DNA of 64,000 nucleotides from Octopus sinensis (Eukaryota): NCBI RefSeq assembly GCF_006345805.1, contig NC_043014.1, positions 25,792,001 to 25,856,000 of the forward strand, read 5' to 3'. Shown piece by piece: positions 39,149 to 53,869 of this stretch (position 1 is its first letter; each line of letters starts with the position of its first letter). The notes under the pieces were generated by a model. It saw only the letters and a program-made list of their open reading frames with translations, ran no database searches and was not told where the DNA came from. The position numbers and the translations under genes were made by a program.

Positions 39149-39202
39149 ATTTTTTATATTTATATATACATATAGTGGCATAGGTACACACTTGTGCTCA
39201 CC

Positions 39203-39271
<69 letters not shown>

Positions 39272-39294
39272 GTGTGTGTGTGTGTGTGTATACA

Positions 39295-39458
39295 TGAGGT
39301 GCAGGAGTTGGTGTGTTGTAAGAGGGTTGCTTCTCAACCACATGGTTCTGGGTTTAGTCCTACTGTGTGGCAGCTTGAGCTTGTATCTGTAGTATAGCCT
39401 CGGGCCGGCCAATGCCTTGGGAGTGGATTTGGTAGAAAGAAACTGAAAGAAGCCCGTC

Positions 39459-39526
<68 letters not shown>

Positions 39527-39680
39527 AGGTATTTGCGTGTCTGTATTTGTCCTCCGTTGGCGTGTTTACGTCCATGTAACCTAGCGGTTCGGCAAAAGAA
39601 ACCGATAGAATAAGTACTAGGCTTACAAATACGTCCCGGGGTCAAATGACTAAAACGAGTGAAAGAAAAAGAATAAAAAG
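39295..39680 (+). mobile_element. tRNA-derived SINE
   Basis: Same family as 37396-37783. Confidence 0.8.
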
Positions 39681-39734
39681 TGTGTATATATATATTATAT
39701 ATATACACATATACATATATAAATAAATAAATAA

Positions 39735-39815
<81 letters not shown>

Positions 39816-39874
39816 CGGAGATGTACTTGCATAGCAAGTGATTTGATCTGAGATCGTGTGCTGAAACGAAAACA

Positions 39875-40295
<421 letters not shown>

Positions 40296-41404
40296 TACAT
40301 ATATATTACACACATGCATACGTACATATATATATATATCTCCATAATCTGGAATAAGAATGTAACAGACGACAATAAAACCATATGGATAGATAGACGA
40401 TACAAAAACGGACAGGAAAAAAACAAGGACGGCTCATTCGTGGCCTTCTATTCATCAGTCAAATTTCCAAATTATCATTACAGTTTCGGCCTTTTACACT
40501 TGGGACTGTTCAAAATTGGCTGGCCCCAAAAATCTAAGCTAAAAGCATTAAATTTTTGGAAGAAAACAAGCGAATGTGTACAACACATACAAAAACAAAA
40601 CGAGAAAACGGTGAAAATGTTACTCGGCTAGAAATACAAACAAGAGAATAACAAATTTCTTTCGACTAAGAAGGATGAATCAAATTGAGCTGGCGTGTGA
40701 AGTGAACACTTTCATGTACAAACATAAATGAAAGTCAGGAGATAGGAAAATAAGGGGCGTGGGAGGCGGTCGGGCCTAGAAAGAATGATTATGCTTAGCC
40801 GAACAGTGGTCACGTAGAAGGAAGAGAGAGAGGTAGAGGACAGAGAGATTGAAGAATTAGGTATGGAACTAGAGAGAGAGGGGGGGAGGGCAGAGGAAAA
40901 GGTACAAGGGAGATAATGAAAGAACGTAGAGATATTAAAGAAAGAGAATGCCAAGAAATGTGAGAGAGAGGGAGCGCGAAAAAGAAACGAGGAAAGAAAG
41001 AAGAAAGTATGAGGACTAAAAGAAGGAGTAAAAAAGTCGTACAGAATTTAGATACATACATACAAAAAGTGTACGTACACCGCTATGTGTATATATAAAT
41101 CCAAAGAATGAAATCAGAAGGTAACAGACGACAATAAAAAACATACGGACCGGTAGATGATACAAAGACGGACCGGAAAAATCGAGGACAGATCATTCGT
41201 GGTCTTCTATTCACCAGTCAAATTTCCAAATTCTCATAATAGTTTCGTCCTGTTTCACTTGAGACTGTTCAAAATTGGCTGATCGCCCAAAAAACTAAGC
41301 TAAGAGCATAACATTTTTGGAAGAAAACAAGCGAATGTGTAAGACAACAAAGATGAAACTATGTGAGTGTGTGTGTCTATCTATATATGTATATATATAC
41401 ATAC

Positions 41405-41464
<60 letters not shown>

Positions 41465-41542
41465 ATATGTGTATGTGTATGTGTGTGTATATACATATAT
41501 GTATATATATGTATATATGTGTATGTAGATATATATATATAT

Positions 41543-41726
41543 AGTCGTAGGAATGGCTGTGTAGTCCGTAGCTTGCTTACGAACCACATGGTTCCGGGTT
41601 CAGTCCCACTGCGTGGCACCTTGGGCAACTGTCTTCTTCTATAGCCTCGGGCCGACCAAAGCCTTGTGAGTGGATTTGGTAGATATAAACTGAAAGAAGC
41701 TTGTCGTATATATTTATATATATATA

Positions 41727-41764
<38 letters not shown>

Positions 41765-41870
41765 TATATATATGTACGTTTTTGGCCTCCCAACATCAAC
41801 TAAAGGCGGTGCTCCAGCATGGCCGCAGTCAAATGACTGGAACAAGTAAAAGAGTAAAAGAAAAAGAATA
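41543..41870 (+). mobile_element. tRNA-derived SINE
   Basis: Same head and LINE-like tail as the other copies. Confidence 0.85.
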
Positions 41871-41880
41871 TTATATATAT

Positions 41881-41923
<43 letters not shown>

Positions 41924-42275
41924 CGCGTATAAATCCTGACTTTTAATGGTCAAGTAGAATAATACCATCTGCATATTATTCAGTAACGTTATTTCTTATT
42001 AGACGCATAATTATTACCCCTATTTTAATCCCCATTACCCTAATTAACCCTTGATATTTATATAATTTTAAAAAAATTCTGATCGTTACATTTCATCTCC
42101 AACTCATCTTATAATACAATAATATATAACATCACATCCATTGCTAATTCCACCGTACTTATACTCTATGGAACTCACATATATCCAATGTTTTTACCCA
42201 AACTCTAAAACTTAATTCCAAACTCTATTATCAATTTACTATGCAATATTTGTTAGCCAATTCCAATGTTTTCCT

Positions 42276-42311
<36 letters not shown>

Positions 42312-43849
42312 TGAAACCATAAATTGTATATTAGTTTTCAGCAGCATATTCAGTACTCCACCACTAAGAATTTTCAATATTAAAGACACCCATATAACCC
42401 ACATTTTAAACCCATGATAATAGTATACTTATTAAAACGATGATTATATAAACCTTATTCAATACCATTATATAGGTATAAATTTAATTTGTTGACCTCT
42501 CTATTTTGAAATTATAACATTCAAAAATTTACCCAAAATTTTACTTATAAGCTATACCTATTTCATTGTTAAATAGAATATACATATAATTATCATTACT
42601 AACCTTCAATTTATATTTTTTAATGCAACCCCTATTTTTACGGAAAATGCTGTTAATATCTTTTATTTTCTAAAATCTTATAATCCAGCATCAATGATTA
42701 TTAATACTTTTAATGTATATACATACGCAACTCAAAACTACAAGTTTGTATATATATTTCCATTTATCCCCAAATCTTATAGATATATTTCTCTAGTAAA
42801 ACACGATACTTTTTCATCATAATAAACACTGAGAGGCTTAGCTATATGAACAAAGGGAGATTACTAGCGACTACTCGTATAATCTGACGAAACAAAAAGC
42901 TGCATAACTGTTTAAAAATCTTTTCGTTTCTCAACGTAGTCTTTTTATATACCTAATATATTTCTTTTTCCTTAGATCAACGGAAAGTATATCCTAATCC
43001 ATTCAAATCCTAAATAATAATAATTATTATAACTTTTCTCAGTATAACTTCTAAAAAACAATATCGTAGTATAATATATACAAACTTTTCATCCCTTCAT
43101 TTTTTTTACATTTCTTAATCTATTTTTTTTTGTATCTTATACCCCTCATGATAAGTTACATCTGTCTTTATCCCATTTCTCTCCAATTTTATCCATTTTC
43201 GTTATTTCCCCCTTCATGGAGTCCACTTTTTTCTCTATAAATTTTTGTCTTCTCATAAATTACTATGTAAACAATAACTTTTGTACCAATATTGGAATAC
43301 ATGTTAGTAAATGCGAATGATGAATAATTAATAGTTATAATAGCATATATAGTACTCCTTTTCACTTTTATTGCCTTAGGTCTTTTGTGTGCCCCCCTTC
43401 TTTTTTATATTTTATCCCTCGTTCTGTCCTCAATACCTTTGGCTGCCCCGCCATATTATAATTAAACATTTATATATATATATATTTTCCAAATACATTG
43501 TGGTGTTTTAAAGAAATTTCAACGATCAATATCTAATCGCAAGAACCCGGTGTCCTAATAAATTGTTGTTTACATTTGAATATTTCAAAATATAGTCCTC
43601 AAATTAGTTATTTCGTAATTCAAAGCCGGAAAATATACTTTCTATCCCTGAAGATAGCCGACATAATATGGTCTTTCACATCTAAAATCGTTTGAATGAT
43701 GACGATTCAAGCATACTGTCGGATATGTAAGTTTTTTGTTATCTTTTTGGCTGTTGTTTTTTTTAATCCAATCTCTTTATTCTTCTATGTATAACTTTTT
43801 CATTCCATTACTTTTTCATTGTGGTACAAACAAAATGAACCAAGCATCT

Positions 43850-44725
43850 ATTATATGTGTTGTGGTCTCAAGAAAAATGGCAAACGGTGCATTTCAGTGA
43901 TGAATCTAAGTTTATGTTATTTGGCTCAGATGGGAAAAGGTACGTTCGTCGAAAAGTAGGTGAAAATTTGTCGCCTAAATGCCTTAAGACTAATGTTAAA
44001 TTCGGCGGAGGAAGTGTCATGGTTTGGGGGATGATATCTGGAGATGGTGTGGTCCCTTTGGTGCGATTACATGGAAAGTTAAATGCAGGAGTTTATAAAC
44101 AACTTGTAAAAGATCATGTCTTGCCTGTGCTGAGAAATTCAACTAAGCGACCACCCATATTCATGCAGGACAATGCCCCATGTCACAAGGCTAAGGTGGT
44201 CATGAACTTCCTCAAGGCTGAAAAGGTTATTGTTATGGATTGGCCTGCTCAAAGCCCAGATCTCAATCCTATTGAAAATGTATGGAATATTCTAGGAGGA
44301 CGTTCGAAAGCCAGAAATCCTAAAACAACTGAGCAATTATGGAATGCCCTTCAGGAAGAATGGAATAAGATCACCCAGCAAGAAATTGCAAATTTAATTT
44401 CCTCATGCAGTCGAAGATGTCAAAGTGTGATTGAAGCTAAAGGGCTTCACACTAAATATTAAATAATTCTAGTATTCTCTGTTATTTTTGATTATTTTGT
44501 TATTTTTTCAACCATTCTGATCATTTTGGCCACCATGAGTTTTGCAGTAAATCACTGAATCATCCATAACTTTTGTATTATCCTCTCAAATTACACCAAA
44601 ATCTGAGACAATAACAATTAATATCGTATTTATTGTGAAAATTATAGAATATAAAACAACTTTCATAAAAAATTATACCTACTTTTCTCACGAAAACAAT
44701 GCCGTTCTGAACTTTTTGGCCGCAA

Positions 44726-44728
<3 letters not shown>
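43850..44728 (+). mobile_element. Tc1 (DD34E) transposon, 5'-truncated, right TIR intact
   Basis: FSDESKF, GGGSVMVWG, QDNAPCH-34aa-E (SPDLNPIE); ends ..ggccgcaactg|TA. Confidence 0.93.
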
Positions 44729-44818
<90 letters not shown>

Positions 44819-45199
44819 TGTGTGTGTGTGTGTATACATATATATATGTATATATGTGTATATCTATAATATAAATCCCGTTCTGTCTGTGTGTGTGTAA
44901 AAGATTATAACGGTCGTATTTTTCAACTGATTTTCTACAAATTGGGGATATACATTCCTTATATTCCAGAGATGGTTTTAGACGCTTAAAATCTTTCACA
45001 TAATGGGGCCAGAAAACACCCGTTCCTGAGATATGAGGTGAAGGGAGGTGACTCTTTACAAAGTAACTTTCAGGAATAGATTGTCTTCCTTACGATTGGT
45101 CATAAAAAAATATTGCTTTTCATAATAGATTCACGAAAGGTTTTAAAAATATTCACTTCAGATTTTTTAGCGTCAGTGAGGTCTAAATCTCTCTATCTA

Positions 45200-45840
45200 T
45201 ATCTCTCTATCTCTATCTATCTATTTCTATCTCTGTATGCGTACGCTAAGATATGGGGGAATGAAAGCTGCTCAATTCGGTCTTTGACGAGCAGGGACGC
45301 GTCTTACTCGAATCCAAGCAGATGCGTACAGAATTTCAGCGGTACTTTGCCGAACTATACTGAGCGCGCGACAAGTCGAAGATAGGAGTGGATTTCATCT
45401 ATCTTGGTCGCATGCCGCACCATTTGGCTAGGAATGCGGGTCCCGAAGACATACAGGACGCGATGATGACTTGCCCCAAATGTCTTCGGGGTTGGATGGT
45501 CTGTCCTTCGAGTCATACGTTAAACATTTTTGGTGATCTCCTGGTTGATGTTTACCATAACTGGCAGCATAACGGGAGAATTCCCAGTGTTGTGAGCCGT
45601 AGCGTGGTGGTACTGCTAACAAAGGACTCGAACAAGGAGGACCAAATAGATCATTTTAGTCCTGTAGCTCTGTTGAAAGCAGATTACAACATTTTGAGCA
45701 AAGTGCTAGCCAAAAGGATAGCGCTTGTCATCGATAAACTGGTCTTTGATGCGCATCGTTAGGGCCCTGATCAATTTGGATCGACCGAAAGCTTTTGATT
45801 GGGTCGACCACCAAAACTAAGAGGCTGTCTTCGCGGGAAT
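45200..45840 (+). mobile_element. Tx1/L1-type RT fragment
   Basis: VVLLTKD..FSPVALLKADYNILSKVLAKR, then a KAFDWVDH-like motif. Confidence 0.75.
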
Positions 45841-47478
45841 AAAGGTATTAATAAAGCACTTAAAATAGCAATTATAAAGTGAAAGACGCTATTGATGTGT
45901 ATATAAATATATAAAAAAGCACATATGGATGGGAATACGTTTTTTAACGAAGATTGATGGTTTAAACTAAAACTGCTTGAAGTTTACGATAGGAAAAACT
46001 TCAAATAAATGGATAAAAATACACAATGAAAAGAAAATAGTAGAAACTCTGGAAGATTTGGTAGAATTTTCGGTAAATGGTAAAAAATGCATGTCCAAGA
46101 TATTGGTATAATGCACGAAGGAAATAAAATAACTAAGATGAAGTTAGTAAAATGCCAGATGTTACGCGCACGGGACAGATAAATAAAATGGCGGACTTGG
46201 CACTCACACGCACACGCATACACACACACACACACAGATACACACAGATACACACAGATACACACAGATACACACAGATACACGCACACACAAACACACA
46301 CACACACACACGCACGCACAGATACACGCACATGCACGTAAACACAAACACCAAATATCTATTTCTGTGTGGACGAACAAATATAAGATCGACCTGGTAC
46401 GTAGCTCGTCTCATTATATTTTCCACACACGATTAAATCCAACGAAGTAATTAGAAAGTTTATATCTAATCATAGTTGATTAGAAACTTGGATTCGGCGA
46501 AACTAATCAGTCTAGCTGCATTATTGGTCATATTCTGAAAAGGTGATTTAATTAAGTAAATAGTCGTGCACTCCACAGCACTTTACGAAAATTAAAAATA
46601 TAAAGCATACCTTTTCTTTTTTAATAAACAAAATTTAAACCTCAATGAAAACCAAACAATATGGTTGTACCGCTGATTTTCTTTGTTTGGTAGCAGAAAA
46701 ATCTGATCAGTTTGAAATATTGTGAGACTTTCATGTTATTAAGTAAAAAAAAAGAAAAAGATAAAAGAAAAAAATGAAATACCAGTCAAGCACTTGAATC
46801 AATTTAATAAAGTATCCTAGACATGAATGGGATTATAATAAATTACTACTGCTAAATAGTTTGGGCGAAAGTAGGAAGGTAATGGATGTCTGTTCATAAT
46901 GCAAAGCTTAATATTTTCACTTAAACAATTTCTTAATTTTGAAAAAAAAAAAAAGCCCAAAAAACTTTGAAATGTGAAGTAAGTTGTATAGCAAGCGCAG
47001 AGAATACAGCGTGACAAAGTTGCGATGGCTTCAGTGATAACCAAATAATGCTATAAAACTCATACAAAGGCAGTGCTTGGCTATTTTATTCCCGTATTTT
47101 AAATTTAATTCAGCACACACAACATACAGTTTCTGTCGATGTATTCGATATACATTTCTTTAACATACATATGAAATAAATAATATATATCAGATGGCCA
47201 CAGGATAACATTTTTTCTTCCGGCGCTTCTTGAGTGTCAACACAAGCGTACTGTATGACTCAAGGCGAAAGATAAGTGTAGTGCCTCTAACCGAAGATTG
47301 AAACTACATCACGTGCTCGGCTCGATTCAACTGTCGACAGAACATTCATCCACTGTACGGCGCTCAACTTTATTTTCTTAACTTAATAAACACAAACTCC
47401 CATAACGAACACGTATACATTAAGTATTATACATACATTGTTACCAAATATGCTTTATTAACAGTTACGTATCACATG

Positions 47479-47603
47479 TTAACCAATAATGCCGTTTTCC
47501 TTTGCATTTAAATACTTCTTTATCCATGCCATAAAGGGCCTTATTCGAGTGTAAACCCCTGGTTGTTTAGGTAGTGCACAACCGAGACCCCAACTTGTCA
47601 CAC
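47479..47603 (-). CDS. Trypsin-like serine protease (S1A), terminal coding exon
   Basis: acag|GT phase 1, [23 protein letters not shown]..stop; AATAAA at 47454-47459. Confidence 0.92.
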
Positions 47604-48849
47604 CTGTGTAAATATTAAATGAATAAATAAACAAATAGAATACAATGAAAGTAACAAAACAAAGCAAATGTTAAAAGAAGCCATAAAAACATACGGATGC
47701 AATGCATGTCAAGAATGAGCAAAGGAATAATCAATGAATTATTTACACATGGTGGTCTTAAAGGAAGTTAAATATGCTGAGGTAGAGGCACAGAACAAAA
47801 GAGAGTTCCTACATAAAATAATAAATTATTTTCACACCGAAACTATATATACTCTTCTATGGCGTGATTGTTACAAGCTGGACTGAAACATCCTGAATTG
47901 TTAGGTTAGCCACCACAGATCAGACTCAATATCCATCCCAGCATATCTTCATTTAGGTTTTTAGTCAATTTAGACTCCCTTGCCTCTCGTGAAAACAATT
48001 TTTATTGACGATATTTACTCTGCTTCTTATTACAACATGATTTCTGTGATTAAAAATTCTTTAATTGTTAAGTACATTAACTGTTATCCGTACATAGCAT
48101 TGAATTTTAGATCTTTATTTAAACACACTCTTCTGCTTTTGGTCGGATTTTCAAATTACATAATGGTTAATCTACTTCTATGGAGTTGTTTCTAGGATGG
48201 TTATATCCTACTTTTGTCTATTACTATCAGCACTCTTATTATTTGCACCAGCGTCATAATTTCCACCCAGAGTTCATCTTAGTTTTCTACTATTTACATC
48301 AAGGGTGCTTTATATAAAAATTAAATTGAGCACAATGCTTGGTCGGTACTTATTTTATTATCTCTGAAAAGATGAAGGCAAAGTTCACCTCGGTAGGATT
48401 TGAACTCAAAGCGTAAAGACTTTATTGTAGGCAGTTTTGACTGACGTTCTAACTATTCTGACAATCCAACGAGCACTCGAAACAAGTGATGATTCGAATC
48501 AAGGAATAACAAGGAAGAGGGGAGTATAATTCTGTGACATTCATGATTCTTCTCACATGCATTAGCAACATAAACGTTGCATAGAAAAGCACAGAATCCC
48601 CTGAAGAATGCAAAATGAAGAAAAAATGTAAGTAGTTGATATTTTGGATTTGAAAATTTTAACGATCTCTAAATCGTGAATTCTAATTTAACAGGAAAAG
48701 ATAATACCGAACTACCTACTAACCAGAATTCGTAATTTGTCTGTCTTCTCTCTCATTAACAAACAGTAGACCTCGGTTCAATCAAAAGAATTTAATAGAT
48801 AAGATTATAATTGTTAATCAATACGATTATAATTTCTTGAGGTTACATC

Positions 48850-50270
48850 CTTTTATAATCAATGCTCGTATCAAACAGTGGTTTCAACTTAAAAATTAAT
48901 TAGCAATTTCACATTCTACAAATATTCATCACAGGCGTTTATGTAGATCTGAATCTTTTGTCATAGCTTGTGTCATGAGCTATAAGCTGTCTCAGAAAGA
49001 AAGAGACGCCCAAGCGGTGAGATTACCATATAATCAGCAGAAAGGTTCCTGATTAATATACTGTTATCGTCTCTACATAATGTCTTTGGTCAATACATTG
49101 AACTCTAATGCAACCCAGTATACCTAGCCATAAATAGGCAGCGCTTAGAAGTAACTTTATAAGTAGCGTTAGCACTGCTATATTCATCAAATTGAACTAC
49201 TGTGTTCAACTCCCGCTGATACTTTGATATTCAAGAGCAATCAACTTGAGGCCCCAAATTGTCATTGCCAGATTTCACACTGGATCTGGAGTTAGGGAAT
49301 GTAATTACAGTTGGCAAATAATAGCTGACATCTGTTTCAAAGCTCATTTCACGTTCCTGCTTAATACGCCGTCGCCTGGTTAAACGCCTTTGGTTTGGGT
49401 ATCTCTAGCAGAGTCCACTGCTGTGGATAGCTTGATATGTTGATATCGTTATATATTCCCAACAAATGCGTGTCATGTTTTCTCCCGCTCTGTTTCAATG
49501 GAAACTCTGTAAAAGATCATAAGCTTGGCTATTCCTCTGATAATTGGAATCGTAAAATAATATATATGAAAATAAAGTCTTCAGTGTAATCCTTGCAACT
49601 TAATATATTATGGGAATTACTCTCACCATCAGACTGTGAGCTGGTGGTAATTGCAAGAGTTTTGACGGATGTAGAGCCTAGTCAAACGGCAAGAGACACT
49701 TCATTTAAGGAAGAGGAAATTGGTGCACAAATACAGTTGACATATAGAGATTTCGATAACTAGAAATAAGTTTTCTTTTTAAAACTAAAGACATACTATT
49801 ACAATGATATAGATTTAAACATATCTACAATTACTTTTGAAAGAGAAGCTATAGCTGGAGGATATCTGACTTGTTAGAAATTTTGTAATCGACTGCCGAG
49901 TCTGGCTGGTGACCAAAAGGTTACTATCTTCGTTCCAAGATATGCCACATTCGTTAACAGGGCGCTAAAGTACTGCTTGTAGGTTTTTCAATATGAGCAA
50001 AGGGATTCAGTAGAGCGTGTCGACAAATCGGAAGTGTTGCAATGACTTACAACGGTGAATGATATATTGTCTTTGGATACATTCTTGCAGCTACGTGGGC
50101 ATAGTAAATGAGATCTAAGTGTGTTAGCTGTATGTACAACAGTGAATCTGAGAGGGTACAAACATTCTATCTCTCAGATCAACATCCGATCCAACTTTGC
50201 AACACGTCGCTTCATGATTTCAAAAAACCAATATGATACCAGTATATCGTTCGGATTGACTGAAACTGGT
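48850..50270 (-). mobile_element. Possible highly decayed LINE fragment in intron
   Basis: Coding-like composition and faint APE/RT-like remnants only. Confidence 0.25.
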
Positions 50271-50510
50271 AGTTAAGTAAATTGTTGAAGGATACTATAT
50301 AGCACCAGTAAAAGAACACAATGCCATGAAGCAACTTATTTATGCAGCCGTTGCAACAAAGTCTTCAGCAACGTAGACAGCCGTATTTTGACAGAAAGTG
50401 AGATAAAACAAAGCAAATTACATAGACAACATTGAATTGAAACTCTTGATCTAATGTCATGAGAGCCCGATAGCATATCCGCTTGTGGCGATATGAAGAC
50501 AAGTACTTAC

Positions 50511-50565
50511 CTGAAAGTATCCATTTTCCATTGTTATTACACACCATGGGACCACCGCTGTCTCC
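50511..50565 (-). CDS. Trypsin-like serine protease, catalytic-Ser exon
   Basis: ctttcag|GDSGGPMVCNNNGKWILS-G|gtaagt; 55 nt, phases fit both neighbouring exons. Confidence 0.93.
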
Positions 50566-51159
50566 CTGAAAGAGAGCGATATATGCAGAAAACATTACAA
50601 ATAGTAAGAACAGATAAAGACATACGAGGGGAAATGGGAATAAATGGAGAGGGAGCAGTTAAGAGGTAGATAAATCATCTTATGAAAATATAAGGTGAAG
50701 GTAGCATATAGGAGATAATAGAACCCTTTTATTCTTTTATTCTTTTATTTGTTTCAGTCATTTGGCTGCAGCCATACTGGAGCACCGCCTTTAGTCGAGC
50801 AAATCGGTCCCATGACTTATTCTTTTTAACATATCAGTGGTAATACAATATAACAGTAGAAGCAGAAACAGCTATTTGATGGAATGCAGTCTATTCCTTT
50901 TGAATAAATAAATAATAATTGATGTAAGTCAATTGTTGTTCATCGACATTTCTACATTTTCTACCTTCTTTAAATTTTGATTCTTGATAAACTCATGTTT
51001 ATCCTTGTCTTTACCTATAATTTATGAGCATAATATGTTCACATATGTATGCCCATGGTTAAACTTAGCTAATATACCTGTAGTGTAATGGATACTTCTA
51101 TCCCCTAAACGGTTATTTTAAATTCTAACTCAGTTATCCTATATATATGTATTTATGTA

Positions 51160-51440
51160 TTTGTTTGTGTTTGTCTCCCCACCATCATTTGATAACTGAT
51201 GTTGGTGTGTTTACGTCTCCGTAACTTAGCAGTTTGGCAAAAGCAATCGATAGAATAAGTACTAGGCAACGTAGACAGCCGTATCTTGACAGAAAGTGAG
51301 ATAAAACAAAGCAAAATACATAGACAACATTGAATTCAAACTCTTGATCTAATGTCATGAGAGCCCGATCGATAGAATAAGTACTTCGATCGACTAAAGG
51401 TGGTGCTCCAGCATGACCGCATTCAGTAAAAGAATAAAAT
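51160..51440 (+). mobile_element. SINE 3' half with a templated insertion
   Basis: ggtgtgtttacgtc.ccgtaacttagc..gatagaataagtact..aaggtggtgctccagcatg. Confidence 0.7.
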
Positions 51441-52769
51441 AATGAAAGAATAGATGAGAGCCATGTTGAAGTGGCGATACACATTACTTCTCAGTATTGT
51501 TACTACTATCATCTCTTTTAGAGATTTTCTAACTAGCTAATTTGCTTGTTGCAAGATCAGTGATTGTTTGTTACTTAGTTTCAATATACTGCGAGCTGGG
51601 GCAAACTACTTCTACCTCTAGCAGACGGCTATCCACCGCCAAGAATGAGCCCAAAGAGCTCGAAACCGTATGGTTTGGTGGTCCTGTCGCTGGAAGATGG
51701 TAGGCGTTATCTCCCCTACTTATATATCGGGTGCAAATATATATATATAATATCAATAAACAACAAATCTATTGGCATCCCCAGTACGAGTTTCCCTCCA
51801 CCAAATTTCATTCTCCAGCTGTTGATCCTCCTGAGGTCATCACAGAAGATACTGGCACAAGATATGCAGTGGAATCGAATCTGAAAACTTATGGCTTCGA
51901 AATGAGTTTTCTAGCCACGCAACCATGCAAATTTATATCTCTCTTCTATCTCTCTTTTATCTCACCTGTCAAATTTCTATCTCTCTTTTTCCTTAATGTG
52001 AATTCATCTGTTATGTGTAAGTACACTTTCACTGGGGCTCCCTTGTGTTCTTCCGCAGATTACTTGACTGGACCAATTTCACCGCATTTTCCCTTTATTT
52101 TCCCTTCATATTTTAGTAATCTAGGCTCAATTATGCCAGAATCTTCGCACGCTATTAATGGAAGCTGTGTATGAACACATGCGTGTGATTGTATGTGTGT
52201 ATATTTATGTGCATGCGTGCGTGCATGTATGTCAAAATCTCACAAATACACAAATACGAAAACAAATTCACACAGCTGCACTCATATACTTACATTTTAA
52301 AACGTGCAGAAAATTAAATTCGCAAAATGAGAGGAACTTCAATCGTTATATCACACATAGATACTTTAAACGCTACATTATCCAATATGAGTGTTTGCTT
52401 CACTGTCCTGTTTGTGTTACCAATTTTGACCTCCCGCATAATCACAAATTTTATTAAATTTGCTTTGCAGGAGCTACTATTTTATCGAAAGCGTATATTG
52501 TTGTTAAATGCTCGAAATACAAGACTAGAAAAAACAACCAACAACTGATGAAAGGTCGTTCTTTATGTTGTTTATTTTGTTTTCCATTTGTGTCTTTCGT
52601 TGTTCGAAAGAAAAGATCATATTCCATGTACTCGTGCTTCGTACTTTTTTGTTGTACACGTTTCGTGACGTCCTGTGCCCACATATGCATATATATACGT
52701 ATAGATGTAAGTATGTATATATGCATATATATTATTCATATTATATTATATTATATTATATTATATGTG

Positions 52770-52809
<40 letters not shown>

Positions 52810-52854
52810 TTTACAGAAGGCAGAACATGGATAAATACCGATGAACAACATTTG

Positions 52855-52975
52855 ACTTTGGTCGACCCGAGTCTATAGCAGAAGACACTTGCCCAAGGTG
52901 CTATGCAGGCGGACTGAACCCGGAACCGTGTGGTTGGGAATCAAGCTTATTACCACAGAGCCACTCCTGCGCCTA
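52855..52975 (-). mobile_element. SINE 5' (tRNA-like head) fragment
   Basis: ggcgcaggagtggctctgtggtaa..ggttccgggttcagtcc. Confidence 0.8.
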
Positions 52976-53097
52976 TTATAGAGATTTTCTAACTAGCTAA
53001 TTTTCGTGTTGCAAGATCAGTGAATGATTTAGTGCGCGTGGATTTGGTTATTGCGATTTATGACATGAAGAAGTAAAATGAATTCCTTCGTACTCAC

Positions 53098-53246
53098 ATT
53101 ACAGGCATCAAGTCCACCTTCAGGGTAACCGAGACAAACCATATTTTCCTCGTGATATCGATTTCCATAGTATTCAGGTGATCCACATAAAGAACCGTTG
53201 ATGACAGGTAATGTTAGTTCATTCAGGGCAGTCCTTGATCCTTTAC
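53098..53246 (-). CDS. Trypsin-like serine protease exon
   Basis: tcag|..ALNELTLPVINGSLC..ENMVCLGYPEGGLDACN|gtgagt; 149 nt, ends in phase 0. Confidence 0.92.
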
Positions 53247-53330
53247 CTGATGTGATAATAATAATAGTAACAACAACAACAATAATAATAATAGTCATGA
53301 TGGGTATACTTGGCTTCAATAATAATAATG

Positions 53331-53376
<46 letters not shown>

Positions 53377-53408
53377 TGATGATGATAATAATAATGATGA
53401 TGATAATA

Positions 53409-53440
<32 letters not shown>

Positions 53441-53486
53441 TTTATAATAATAATAATGATGATGATGATAATAATAATACTACTAC

Positions 53487-53539
<53 letters not shown>

Positions 53540-53542
<3 letters not shown>

Positions 53543-53790
53543 GGTGCCCTTGGAGTGATAGCAAAAGGGGCTGATTCCTACCTAGCTCAGATACCAGAAA
53601 ACTTCAAAATGCAGGAATTCAAAAGATAGTGCTCATGGGACTACCCATATTCTACGTAAAATACTGTCTATGTTTCTTACGTTTTCTTAAACATTCTCTA
53701 GAACAATATTATGTGCAAAACCAAAATATATGACACTCTAGGCATAACACCAGCTTGAACTTCTAACTTGTGTCTTGCAGTTTAAGCAAA
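53540..53790 (+). mobile_element. 5'-truncated R4/Dong-type copy between (TAA)n runs
   Basis: IGALGVIAKGADSYLAQIP matches 59221-59358. Confidence 0.85.
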
Positions 53791-53795
53791 ATAAC

Positions 53796-53826
<31 letters not shown>

Positions 53827-53831
53827 ATAAT

Positions 53832-53869
<38 letters not shown>

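Noticed and set aside
41940-43480. AT-rich stretch that might be a decayed RT on the minus strand
   Set aside because: Only a faint LAM-like motif; no convincing ORF or YxDD.
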